Of a stretch of 64,000 bases of DNA, positions 45,581 through 54,844 are shown piece by piece. Position 1 is the stretch's first letter, and every line of letters starts with the position of its first letter. Source of the stretch: an uncultured bacterium. GTDB lineage: Bacteria; Methylomirabilota; Methylomirabilia; Methylomirabilales; 2-02-FULL-66-22. A program made the position numbers and the translations under genes. Below the pieces are notes generated by a model. That model had not been told where the DNA came from. It saw nothing but the letters and a program-made list of their open reading frames with translations, and ran no database searches. The stretch spans positions 10,597-74,596 of the forward strand of contig CAZNWB010000004.1 of the NCBI GenBank assembly GCA_964576535.1, in the 5' to 3' direction.

Positions 45581-46045
45581 ATGACGCAACTAGAAGGGCA
45601 AAACTATCCGGGATGTCAAGTTGGCGAGGCGGGAATATGGGGCTTCACGGACGAGGTGAGGTGCCACGTCAGCATCGAGACCATGATGAGCTGCGGCTGC
45701 GGCGGGTATGTCGATCATAGCGTCCACCACTGCACCCAGTGTGAGAGATATTTTCTGTTCGCCTACGAGGAGCACTGGCTGCCGTCAAGGGAGGATGCGT
45801 ACGTAGCCGAGATCGGCCGCTCCGAGGCCCAGGCGCTTGTGGCCCGGCTCCGCGAGTGTCCCAATTTGGACAAGCGCAACTGCGGGTGCGATGTACACCG
45901 CGGCTCCAAGTTCCTTTACAAGGAGACCAAGGGGCAGCGCCCTGGAAAGACACACCCTCGACTCGCTGGCCCCGGGAAAGAAGAGGCGATGGAAGATCGC
46001 CAGCAAGGTCTTCGGCCCCTGAGAGGAGGAAGCGAACCGTCATGA
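45581..46045 (+). CDS. Cys/His-rich hypothetical protein
   Basis: CGCGGYVDHSVHHCTQCE ... CPNLDKRNCGCDVH. ATGA overlap with the next gene. Confidence 0.5.
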   Translation: MTQLEGQNYPGCQVGEAGIWGFTDEVRCHVSIETMMSCGCGGYVDHSVHHCTQCERYFLFAYEEHWLPSREDAYVAEIGRSEAQALVARLRECPNLDKRNCGCDVHRGSKFLYKETKGQRPGKTHPRLAGPGKEEAMEDRQQGLRPLRGGSEPS

Positions 46046-46998
46046 GGCTCTGGGGCAAGGTGGCGAGCGGGATGTTGCTGGTTTTCGCCGCTGTTTCCGT
46101 GGTGGTCGCCGTCGTCGTGCCGGAGATGCGGTCGGCGTCCATGCTCGCTGCTGTCCTCATGCTTACCGTCGCCCTGTTCGGCGTTCCCGCGCTCGTGCGG
46201 ATCTTCCTGTCCTTCACGGGGGACGAGGAAGTGCTGGAGAACGGCACCGCGGGGTCGGCCACCATCACCTCCCTGAAATGGACTGGGTGGCGCTACAACC
46301 GCTACTACCCCATCGTCAGGTTCAGCCTCAGTGTAGAGGCGGGCAACGTCTATCCGGTCGAGATCAAGCAGACAGTCGACCCGGAGATATTTTCGCGACT
46401 CACCCCAGGAGTTGTCGTCGGGGTGCGAGTGGACCCCTTGGATCGCAAGAAGGTCGTTATCGACTGGCGCCAGCCGGTTCGCGCGGCCACAGGCGCGATG
46501 GTGGGCTCAAGTGTGACCGAGGACGCCCGAGGGACAGTCACTCCCACCGCGCGAACCTCACCGTGGCCGCTCCTGCGCTGGATCTTTCTCGTACTCGGTG
46601 TGGTCTTTCTTCGCCTGAGCTGCGAAGAGGGCTACTATGAAAAGGGCGGGGTCAGGGTTGAAGGGGTTGTCCTGCACAAGGCGTTCTCTCCAGGGACCAC
46701 CCCTTCGGGAGGCAGCGGCAGCTCCCCGTCCAGACACTCTGTGAGCTACCGCTTCACCACGAAAGAGGGGCGAACGCTCGAGGGCAGATCCGACGTCCTA
46801 CCCGGGATGTGGCGGCAACTCAAGGAAGGCGATCCGGTTGCCGTCGAGTACCTGCCGGACTCGCCCGACACCAACCGCATCCCGGAACAGCGAGCGAGGT
46901 CCCGGACCTGGACAATCATGGCGCTCGTTCTGCTCGCTGCGAGCGCTGTCCTTTTCATAATCGTCCGGCGTCAGCGATTGGCTCACGCAAGTCGCTGA
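46042..46998 (+). CDS. Membrane protein with two DUF3592-like modules
   Basis: TM-TM-module (ATITSLKWTGWRYNRYYPIVRF...VRVDPLD)-TM-module (GVVLHK...SVSYRFTTKEGRTLEG...VEYLPDSP)-TM. Confidence 0.65.
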   Translation: MRLWGKVASGMLLVFAAVSVVVAVVVPEMRSASMLAAVLMLTVALFGVPALVRIFLSFTGDEEVLENGTAGSATITSLKWTGWRYNRYYPIVRFSLSVEAGNVYPVEIKQTVDPEIFSRLTPGVVVGVRVDPLDRKKVVIDWRQPVRAATGAMVGSSVTEDARGTVTPTARTSPWPLLRWIFLVLGVVFLRLSCEEGYYEKGGVRVEGVVLHKAFSPGTTPSGGSGSSPSRHSVSYRFTTKEGRTLEGRSDVLPGMWRQLKEGDPVAVEYLPDSPDTNRIPEQRARSRTWTIMALVLLAASAVLFIIVRRQRLAHASR

Positions 46999-47023
46999 GC
47001 CAGATAGGGGTTCTTCATCTACG

Positions 47024-47755
47024 ATGGCGTCCGAAAGATCCTTCTTTGGCTTAGCCAAAAAGTCCTTCGCCTTCTGGTTCGGCGGCATCTGGCTCTTCTG
47101 TGGGGCGCCGTTCCTGATCATCGGCATCTATGTCGGGATCGACACGATGCGTCAGCAAGCACGCTTCCGGGACGAGGCCCAGGTTGCCCAGGGCATGGTG
47201 CTGACGAAGTCGATCAGAAGCAGTACAGACAGCAAGACGTACTGGGTGGGCTATCGCTTCAGCGCGCCGGACGGCATAGTGGTGAACGGCGAGGCGAAGG
47301 TCAGCGAAGAGTTCTGGGACCGACTGGTGGAGCGGGAGCCCGTCCAAATCACGTACCTGCCCAGTGATCCCCGGAGTCACCGGATCGAGGGCGAAGGGCC
47401 CGACTGGATGCTACCGCTGATCTTCACGGTCCTGGGGCTCGTCTTGGTACCGCTGGGAGGGGGGATCTTCCTCAAGGGTGTGCGCGGGATCCTGCGCGAG
47501 CTCCGACTCCAGGTCGAGGGCACGATGGCCGAGGCGACGGTGGTGGAGGTGGGCCCGGCCAACGCCAGCCTCAACGGCATCCCGCAGTGGAGGATCCGCT
47601 ATCGCTATCAGGATCATCGGGGCCGAACGCACACCGGGGAAAGCGCCCTCATGGCGCCGGACGAGGCGCAGGAGTGGAAGGTGGGCGACACGGGGGCAGC
47701 GCGCTTCGATACGCGCGCCTCGAAGAAAAGCATCTGGATCGGGAGAGCATCGTGA
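47024..47755 (+). CDS. Membrane protein with two DUF3592-like modules
   Basis: TM-module (GMVLTKS...YWVGYRFSAPDG...ITYLPSDP)-TM-module (ATVVEVG...WRIRYRYQDHRG). Confidence 0.65.
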   Translation: MASERSFFGLAKKSFAFWFGGIWLFCGAPFLIIGIYVGIDTMRQQARFRDEAQVAQGMVLTKSIRSSTDSKTYWVGYRFSAPDGIVVNGEAKVSEEFWDRLVEREPVQITYLPSDPRSHRIEGEGPDWMLPLIFTVLGLVLVPLGGGIFLKGVRGILRELRLQVEGTMAEATVVEVGPANASLNGIPQWRIRYRYQDHRGRTHTGESALMAPDEAQEWKVGDTGAARFDTRASKKSIWIGRAS

Positions 47756-49080
47756 GGATACCGGTCACTTTTTCCGGCCGGACGTTTTTCTTGTGGTTCG
47801 GAGCCCTGTTCATGTGCGCCGGCCTGATCGTGCTCTACGGGGGGATACAGGAGGCGACCCGGGAGCGGGCCTACCAGAAGCAGGGCCAGATCGTCGAGGC
47901 GGTCGTGCTCAGCAAGTCGATCCAGCGGGCGTCGCGCCAGGGGAACCCCAGCACGCGATACGAGATCATCTATCGCTTCACGACCGCCGACGGCCTGACG
48001 GCCGAGGGCGTCGCCGCCGTCGCCGTGGAGGAGTGGGAGAGCTTGGAAGCGGGGGACCCGTTCAAGGTCACGTATCTTCCCAGGGCGCCGGAGGCGAGCC
48101 GCCCCGAGGGTGTGGGCGGCATGAAGTCCCCCCTCCTCATGATGGGGGCCGGCAGCCTCTTCGCCCTTATCGGGGGCGTCCTCTTCGTGAGGAGCGCGAC
48201 CCGGATCTGGCGAGAGCGGCGCCTGCTCCGCGAGGGCCAGACGGCGCAGGGTACGGTCCTCGCGATCGAGCCTACCAACGTCGCCGTCAACAACGTTCAG
48301 CAGTGGGAGGTGCGGTATCGGTATCCAGACCAGTTCGGGCGGGCCCAGGAGGGGACGAGCGGTCCCGTCCCTCCCGATGCGGCCCAGGCCGTCGGAATCG
48401 GCGACGCCCTGGCGGTCCGTTTCAATCGGGAGCATCCCGAGGAGAGCGTCTGGGACAGGGCCCGGGCGCCGGTGCCGGCGGGCGGGACCACCGAGGCCCT
48501 GCAGCAGAAGGGGTTGCTGTCGTTCCTGAAGCGGCTTGCCAACTTTGCCGTGATGCTGGGACTCGTCTTCGTCGCAATGGTCGTGGCCGAGGCCGTGCCG
48601 GCCATGAAGGATCTGGAACGTTTCATGGTCCGCCACCAAGTCCCGCTCCTGGCAGTGACGATCGGGATGACCGTCGTCGGATTCGTGCTGTTCATGGGCA
48701 GCATCCTTTACCGGATCTTCGGGGGCGCCGGCGAGCCGATGAGCCACACGGAGGTGGAGGATCTCGAGCGGAGCGTGCGGATGGATGCGCGCCCGGTCTT
48801 CGCACGCGTCTCCAAGTATCGGTTCCGCGGTCGGAGCACCGGCTCCTCGTTCTCCGAGCAGTTCACTGTGCGGGAGGCCAAGGACGCCTGGAAGCAGCGG
48901 GGCTGGCGCACGAGCCCACGCTGGCGGAGCAACTTCGTGGTGATGACCGGCGTGATGCTGTTGACCATCGGGCTCTTCGGCATCTTCATCGTCATCGGCC
49001 CGAACTTCATCAAGCTGCTGTGCGGCACGGCTCTCGTCTACGCAGCGGTCAGAACGATCATCGCATTCGCGCGCGCGTGA
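47752..49080 (+). CDS. Membrane protein with two DUF3592-like modules plus a 4-TM C-terminal extension
   Basis: GTGA overlap with the previous gene. Same TM-module-TM-module plan (YEIIYRFTTADG...VTYLPRAP; WEVRYRYPDQFG), then four more TM helices. Confidence 0.65.
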   Translation: MRIPVTFSGRTFFLWFGALFMCAGLIVLYGGIQEATRERAYQKQGQIVEAVVLSKSIQRASRQGNPSTRYEIIYRFTTADGLTAEGVAAVAVEEWESLEAGDPFKVTYLPRAPEASRPEGVGGMKSPLLMMGAGSLFALIGGVLFVRSATRIWRERRLLREGQTAQGTVLAIEPTNVAVNNVQQWEVRYRYPDQFGRAQEGTSGPVPPDAAQAVGIGDALAVRFNREHPEESVWDRARAPVPAGGTTEALQQKGLLSFLKRLANFAVMLGLVFVAMVVAEAVPAMKDLERFMVRHQVPLLAVTIGMTVVGFVLFMGSILYRIFGGAGEPMSHTEVEDLERSVRMDARPVFARVSKYRFRGRSTGSSFSEQFTVREAKDAWKQRGWRTSPRWRSNFVVMTGVMLLTIGLFGIFIVIGPNFIKLLCGTALVYAAVRTIIAFARA

Positions 49081-49191
49081 GGAATTATCGTCCCCCCCCC
49101 GGCCCCTGGCGCAATTCCTTGGAATGTATTTCCTCGAGTTATCACGGGATCGGTATGAGAAAAAAGCACGGTTTCCGGATATTTCCTCAAC

Positions 49192-49410
49192 TTATATGAT
49201 CGTGCGGCCGCCGTCCACGGGCAGGGCCACGCCCGTGATGAAGGATGCCTCATCAGAGGCCAGGAACAGCATGGCCCGGGCAACCTCGTCGGTGCGGCCA
49301 ACCCGACCCAGAGGGCAGACCTTAGCCCACCCTGCGAACTGTGCTTCCACATCTTCTTTCGTCCCGGAGCCACGGACCATGGGCGTGTCAATGAAGCCGG
49401 GACAGACGCA
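49192..49410 (-). repeat. Right direct repeat of the island (3' end of the intact SDR gene)
   Basis: Collinear with 33718-33932, with long identical runs such as CTCGTCGGTGCGGCCAACCCGACCCAGAGGGCAGACCTT, plus a ~12-nt indel and scattered substitutions. Confidence 0.75.
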
Positions 49411-49950
49411 GTTGACCCGGATGCCGTGGGGCGCCCCTTCCAGCGCGGCCATCTGGGTGAGCTGAAGAATTCCGGCCTTGGACGCGGCATAGGCCCCGTG
49501 TCCTTCCTTGACCCGGATGGCCATGCGAGAGGCGATGTGCACGATGGCACCGCCCCCCTGCTGTCGCATGGCCGTCATCGCCGCCTTGGTCAGAAGGAAG
49601 GCTCCGGTCAGGTTCACCTGCAAGACCTCGTTCCATTCCTCCTCGGGGGTTTCTTCCAACAGGTGCGCCTTGAGGATGCCGGCACAGTTGATCAGAACGT
49701 CCAGCCGACCGAAGACTCGGCGGGCGGTCTCCACTGCCCCTTGCACCTGATCCCAGCGGGTGACGTCACAGGCGGACGCCTCGGCCTTTCCACCCGTTCG
49801 CCCGATTCCCTCGGCTACGACCTTGGCCGCCACCTCGTTGATATCCGCGACAACCACGGCGCCGCCCCGTCCCGCAAAGATCTCGCACGTCGCCTGGCCG
49901 ATCCCGGACCCCCCACCAGCCACCAGCGCCACCTTGCCTGTGTAGTCCAT
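49192..49950 (-). CDS. Short-chain dehydrogenase/reductase (FabG-like)
   Basis: VALVAGGGSGIGQA (TGxxxGxG) ... YAASKAG (YxxxK) ... PGFIDTPM. Confidence 0.9.
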   Translation of the reverse strand: MDYTGKVALVAGGGSGIGQATCEIFAGRGGAVVVADINEVAAKVVAEGIGRTGGKAEASACDVTRWDQVQGAVETARRVFGRLDVLINCAGILKAHLLEETPEEEWNEVLQVNLTGAFLLTKAAMTAMRQQGGGAIVHIASRMAIRVKEGHGAYAASKAGILQLTQMAALEGAPHGIRVNCVCPGFIDTPMVRGSGTKEDVEAQFAGWAKVCPLGRVGRTDEVARAMLFLASDEASFITGVALPVDGGRTII

Positions 49951-49977
49951 GTTGCCTCCCGCACTACGGTATCAGGA

Positions 49978-51585
49978 TCATGCTCGATCGCTGTCGCCCC
50001 ACTCCGCTGCCAAGCCCATGGGCTGCGCCTGGAAGAGTCGCCCGTCCATGGGTCGAACGTCCGGGGCCACGCGTAGGGAAAAGCCCACTTTGGCCTGAAT
50101 GTCCCTTTCCACGTCGATCCCCGGTGCCACCTCGCTGAGCAGCAATCCGTCCGGCGTCAGGCGAAAGACCGCCCGCTCGGTGACGTACCAGACCTCCTGC
50201 CCCTGCTTGGCCGCAAGCGGCCCATTGAAGGTGATGTGCTGGGTACGAGCAACGAACTTGGGAAACTTCCCCTCACGGACAATGCGTAGGCGTCCCTCCT
50301 TCACCCGGATATCCAGCCCCCCGGCCGTGAGCGTCCCGCAATAGACGAGCTTCCGGGTTCCCTGGGCAATGTTGATGAAGCCACCTGCCCCGGCAAGAAC
50401 GTGGGGTTGCGCCGCCAGGCGGCTGACGTTGACGTTTCCACGGCCATCCACTTCGGCGAAGGACAGGCACCCCATCGTGATGCCTCCCCCATCAATCAAG
50501 TCGAACTGCGCCGGCGAGTCAATGATGGCCTCGGGATTGTGGGACGCGCCAAAGGCAAATCCCGTGAGCGGGAGGCCGCCGATGGCCCCCTGCTCAACCG
50601 TGAAGTTGAGATGATCGAAGACCCCCTCCTCAAGGGCGACCTGGGGAACCAGAGAGGAGATACCGAACCCGAGATTCACGGTATCACCTGGGCGAAGCAG
50701 ACACAGGGCGCGACGGGCAATGACCTTCTCTGGTCCCAGGGGCAGCGACTCCACCGGGTACCCGGCCGTCCGGATTTCCCCGCTGATGGCCGGGTCATAC
50801 GCGATGCCGGTGTTCATCCGTTGGTCTGGATCCACCACCAGGGCGTCCACAAGGATTCCGGGCACTCTCACCAGATGCGGCGGGATGGTTCCCGGCGTGG
50901 CGATGCGCTTCACCTGGGCGATCACCTTTCCCCCGGAGTTGTGCGCCGCCATCGCTTGAGCCAGGACCGCGAGGACCACCCCCTCGTGCTCGAAGCTCAA
51001 GTTGCCGTGCTCGTCCCCCGTTGTCCCCCGGATGATGGCCATGTCAATGGGGAAGGCGCGGTACAGGAGCCATTCCTCGCCCGACAGGTGGACCACCTCC
51101 ACGAGGTCCGGCGGGGTGACCCGGTTCATGCGTCCGCCCTGGTCCCGCGGGTCCACGAACGTCCCCAGTCCAATCTTCGTGATCACGCCGGGCTTCTTGG
51201 CGGCGATGTCCCGGTGCAGATGCATCAGGACGCCCAGGGGCAGGTTATAGGCCTCCACCTGGTCGGCGTGAATCATGGCGGAGATCTTTGGGGAGGGCGC
51301 CGAGGCGGGTGCGTTGACGTACGAACCGCCGACGAGACGCTTGATCAGGCCGGAGTGGGCCAGGTGATCCAGGCCGACCGTTCCGAAGGAATCCCCCACC
51401 GCGACCGGAAAGACGACCGTCAGGTCGCGTGGTTCACCCGAAGAGAGAAACCGAGCTTCTATCCCCGCCAGGACCTTACCCGGCACCAGTTGCGCTGCTG
51501 AACCGCTCACCGTCACGACCGCCCCGTTGGGGATCAACCGTGCGGCCTCGTCGGCCGTCAGGATAGGCTTTTGCCTTTGGCTCAT
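49978..51585 (-). CDS. Family I acyl-CoA:acetate/3-ketoacid CoA-transferase (fused alpha-beta, YdiF-like)
   Basis: ~535 aa; two CoA-transferase halves. N-terminus ILTADEAARLIPNGAVVTVSG, and EQGAIGG in the second half. Confidence 0.8.
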   Translation of the reverse strand: MSQRQKPILTADEAARLIPNGAVVTVSGSAAQLVPGKVLAGIEARFLSSGEPRDLTVVFPVAVGDSFGTVGLDHLAHSGLIKRLVGGSYVNAPASAPSPKISAMIHADQVEAYNLPLGVLMHLHRDIAAKKPGVITKIGLGTFVDPRDQGGRMNRVTPPDLVEVVHLSGEEWLLYRAFPIDMAIIRGTTGDEHGNLSFEHEGVVLAVLAQAMAAHNSGGKVIAQVKRIATPGTIPPHLVRVPGILVDALVVDPDQRMNTGIAYDPAISGEIRTAGYPVESLPLGPEKVIARRALCLLRPGDTVNLGFGISSLVPQVALEEGVFDHLNFTVEQGAIGGLPLTGFAFGASHNPEAIIDSPAQFDLIDGGGITMGCLSFAEVDGRGNVNVSRLAAQPHVLAGAGGFINIAQGTRKLVYCGTLTAGGLDIRVKEGRLRIVREGKFPKFVARTQHITFNGPLAAKQGQEVWYVTERAVFRLTPDGLLLSEVAPGIDVERDIQAKVGFSLRVAPDVRPMDGRLFQAQPMGLAAEWGDSDRA

Positions 51586-51672
51586 GCGCTCTGCGTCCTC
51601 TCGACCCCCTCGGGGAATGTGCGCAGTACCCAAAGCAGCCGATCAAGCAAAAGCTTCCCCGCCCACTGCGTG

Positions 51673-53028
51673 CTAGAGCTCTCGCAGGACCTCCCGGATG
51701 CTCTGCTCCAGGATGGCCAGCATGGCGTCAATGTCCCGCTCGGTCACGATGAGCGGCGGACCGAAGGCGATCCAGTGGGGATCAAAGCGAAGCAGGAGGC
51801 CGTTCCGCAGGGCCTGCTTCCCGATGCGGAGGCCGATGTTCACCCCCGGGGGGAACGGGGCCTTGGTGGCAGGGTCCTGGACGAATTCCACCCCGATGAG
51901 GAGGCCCTTCCCCCGGATCTCCCCGATGATGCCGAGGGGGCGGAGGGCCTCCAGACGCTCGACCAGGTACGCGCCCACCCGGCGGGCGTTGCCGGGCAGG
52001 TCCCGGTCCCGGATCTCCCGGATGCTGGCCAGGCCGGCCGCAGCGGCCACGGGATTGCCCGCGTACGTGTGGCCGTGGGCGAACTCGGTGCCCTGGGGGC
52101 CCCAGAAGCTGGCGGCCACGTGGTCCCGGACGATGGCGGCCGCCAGGGGGGCGTAGCCGCTGCTCATTCCCTTCCCGCAACAGAGGATATCCGGGGTGAC
52201 ATCGAAGGTGTTGGCGGCGAAGAGCTGGCCGGTCCTCCCGAAGCCGGTGATGATCTCGTCGAAGATGAGGAGGATGCTGAACTCGTCACAGAGCTGGCGC
52301 AGGATCTTCAGGTATTCCATCGGAGGGGTGATGATCCCTCCGGTGTTGCTGATGGGCTCCACGATCACGGCGGCGATCGACCGGGGATCCTCCCACTCGA
52401 TCATCGTCCGGAGCGTCCGGGCGCAGAACACCTCGCAATCCGGGTAGGTCTTCTCAAAGGGACACCGATAGCAGTATGGCGGGTAGAAATGAAGGAAGCC
52501 GACGGCGGCCGGCTCGTAGAGGGTCTTCCGGTACCCCACGCCCCCGGCGCTCATGGCGCTTGCCGTCGCCCCGTGGTAGCTGAGGTATCGGGAGAGGATC
52601 TTGTACTTGCCTGGATTGCCTGTTTGCCGGTGGTACTGCCGGGCCATCTTGAAGGCGGCCTCGGTGGCTTCGGACCCGCTGCTGACCAGGCGCGCGGTGT
52701 TCAGATCCCCGGGGGTGATCTCGGCCAGCAGCGTGGCCAGCTCCACCGCCCGCGGATTGGTTCCATGCATGGGGGGATTGAAAGGCAAGATCTCGACCTG
52801 GCGGCGCACCGCCTCCACCAGCCGGGGGTTGTTGTAACCGACGTTCACCACGTAGACCCCCGCCAGGCCATCCAGGTACTCCTTCCCCTGGACATCCCAG
52901 AAACGGATGCCATCGGCGCGGGCCACGACGAGGGGCTCCTTGACAAACTCCGCCATCTGCCGGTAATCGAGCATGATGTGGCGGAGGGCGTCTTTGGTGG
53001 CGTAACGGGCGTCGGCGTCGGGTGGCAT
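51673..53028 (-). CDS. Class-III (omega) aminotransferase, PLP-dependent
   Basis: VSSGSEATEAAFKMAR...LLIFDEIITGFGRTG...CCGKGMSSGYAPL. Confidence 0.9.
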   Translation of the reverse strand: MPPDADARYATKDALRHIMLDYRQMAEFVKEPLVVARADGIRFWDVQGKEYLDGLAGVYVVNVGYNNPRLVEAVRRQVEILPFNPPMHGTNPRAVELATLLAEITPGDLNTARLVSSGSEATEAAFKMARQYHRQTGNPGKYKILSRYLSYHGATASAMSAGGVGYRKTLYEPAAVGFLHFYPPYCYRCPFEKTYPDCEVFCARTLRTMIEWEDPRSIAAVIVEPISNTGGIITPPMEYLKILRQLCDEFSILLIFDEIITGFGRTGQLFAANTFDVTPDILCCGKGMSSGYAPLAAAIVRDHVAASFWGPQGTEFAHGHTYAGNPVAAAAGLASIREIRDRDLPGNARRVGAYLVERLEALRPLGIIGEIRGKGLLIGVEFVQDPATKAPFPPGVNIGLRIGKQALRNGLLLRFDPHWIAFGPPLIVTERDIDAMLAILEQSIREVLREL

Positions 53029-53055
53029 AATCCTTCCTCCGTCCCAATACCTTCC

Positions 53056-53952
53056 TTACCCCTTCAGGCCGCTCATGACCACGGCCTGCACAACCCACTT
53101 CTGGAGCGTCAAGAAGATGACCAGGATGGGCAGAACGCTGATCACGGCCGCCGCGGTGAGCAGGTTGTATTCGATGAAGTACATGTTGGTGAAGCTCATG
53201 AGTCCCAGGGTGACTACCCGCATCTGGGGTGAGTTCACCACCACCAGCGGCCAGAAGAACTCATTCCAGCTCCACATGAACTTGATGATGAGAAGCGTGG
53301 CCATGGCCGGCTTCACCGAGGGCAGGATCACCCGAAAGAAGATGCGAAGCTCGCTGCAGCCATCGATCCGGGCGGCATCCATGTAGTCGCGCGGGAGCAC
53401 TTCGATCGCCTGGCGCATCAGGAACACGCCGAAGACGCTGACCAAGTCCGGGGCCACGATGCCCAGGTAGGTGTCGAGCAGCCCGAGGCGGTTTATCCAG
53501 CTGTACAGCGGCACCACGACCGACTGGAAGGGGACCATCAGGATGCCGACGATGGCGAGGAAGAAGGCGTCCCGTCCGGGGAAGTGATACTTCGCGAATC
53601 CGAACCCCGCCAGCGACGAGACCACCAGGCTGCTCACGGCGGCGATCGAGGCGACGATGGCGCTGTTCAGCAGGTAGCGCATGAAGGGTTCGCGCTTGAA
53701 GACTTCGAAGTAGTTGGTCAGGTTGAGCCAGTGGTCGGGGGCGATCTGGAGCGGCACGCGCTGGATCTCGGGGGCGGTTTTCAGCGAGGTGATGGCCATC
53801 CAGAAGAAGGGGAAAAAGATCATGAGGGCGCCGCAGGCGACCGCGAGGGCGGTGAGCCAGCGGAAGTAGACGCGGCGGACGGTGAGGGCCGCGCGGGGCG
53901 TTGAGGCCTGCGCCGGGGCTAGTACTCGACGGGTTTCCGGAAGATTCGCCAT
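53056..53952 (-). CDS. Carbohydrate ABC transporter permease (MalG-like)
   Basis: Six TM segments and EAA-type loop DAARIDGCSELRIFFRVILP. Confidence 0.85.
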   Translation of the reverse strand: MANLPETRRVLAPAQASTPRAALTVRRVYFRWLTALAVACGALMIFFPFFWMAITSLKTAPEIQRVPLQIAPDHWLNLTNYFEVFKREPFMRYLLNSAIVASIAAVSSLVVSSLAGFGFAKYHFPGRDAFFLAIVGILMVPFQSVVVPLYSWINRLGLLDTYLGIVAPDLVSVFGVFLMRQAIEVLPRDYMDAARIDGCSELRIFFRVILPSVKPAMATLLIIKFMWSWNEFFWPLVVVNSPQMRVVTLGLMSFTNMYFIEYNLLTAAAVISVLPILVIFLTLQKWVVQAVVMSGLKG

Positions 53953-54827
53953 TGCAGTAAGGTCACCACCAGGAGGCTGATAAAGACGAACACCGCCATG
54001 ACGGAGGCGTCGCCGAATCGGAAGAATTTGAAGGCCGTGTCATACAGCAGCATGATGACGGTCTGACTTGCGCTTGCCGGTCCGCCCTGGGTCGTGGCAT
54101 AAACCTGATCGAAGATCTTGAAGTTGAAGATGAGTTCGAGAATGCAGACCATGAGGATCTGCGGGTTGAGCAGCGGCAAGGTGATGTGCCGGAGTTGCTG
54201 GACGGGATTGGCCCCGTCGATGCTGGCCGCCTCGTAATACTCCTCCGGGATCGATTGGAGCGCGGCCAGGAAGATCATGGTGTCGAAACCGATCCGGACC
54301 CAGACGCTCACGGCGGCGATGGCCGGGCGCACCTGGAACAGGCTCTGCAGCCACTTCTGGGGCGGAATACCGACGAACGACAGGGCGTAATTCAGGAAGC
54401 CATAGACCGGGTCGTAGATCCATTGCCAGATGAGGGCGGCCGCGACCAGCGAGGTGGCGAAGGGCAAGAAGTACATGGCGGCCCAGACGTTCCGCCACTT
54501 GAGACTGGTGATCCGGTTGAGACCGAGTGCCACGGCGAGCGCACAGATCACCGTGGTGGGCACGGACAAGAGCAAGAGTTGGACGGTGTTCTTGATGGCG
54601 ACCCAGAAGGTGGAGTCGGTCAGAACCTTTTCATAGAGGCGCAGGCCCACGAACTGGCTCGCTCCGCCTGGGGCGATCCGGTAGAACGAGTACATGACGG
54701 ACTGGGCGAGCGGCAGGATGAAGACAGAGCCGAAGAACAGCAGCGCGGGGAGGACGAACAGGAACCCCGCACGGTGCTGGCGATCCATGTAGCTCTTGGG
54801 GAACGCGATGCGAAACCAGTGGCGCAT
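53919..54827 (-). CDS. Carbohydrate ABC transporter permease (MalF-like)
   Basis: Six TM segments and EAA loop EAASIDGANPVQQLRHITLP. Confidence 0.85.
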   Translation of the reverse strand: MRHWFRIAFPKSYMDRQHRAGFLFVLPALLFFGSVFILPLAQSVMYSFYRIAPGGASQFVGLRLYEKVLTDSTFWVAIKNTVQLLLLSVPTTVICALAVALGLNRITSLKWRNVWAAMYFLPFATSLVAAALIWQWIYDPVYGFLNYALSFVGIPPQKWLQSLFQVRPAIAAVSVWVRIGFDTMIFLAALQSIPEEYYEAASIDGANPVQQLRHITLPLLNPQILMVCILELIFNFKIFDQVYATTQGGPASASQTVIMLLYDTAFKFFRFGDASVMAVFVFISLLVVTLLQWRIFRKPVEY

Positions 54828-54844
54828 CGGAGTAGAAACCCTCT

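Larger units (their letters stand above)
33933..49191. mobile_element. ~15.3-kb genomic island bounded by ~215-bp direct repeats of an SDR 3' end (no recombinase seen)
   Basis: Diverged direct repeats at 33718-33932 and 49192-~49410. Patchy lower GC, cargo of secreted and membrane proteins of unknown function, gene fragments and a frameshifted paralogue. Confidence 0.55.
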
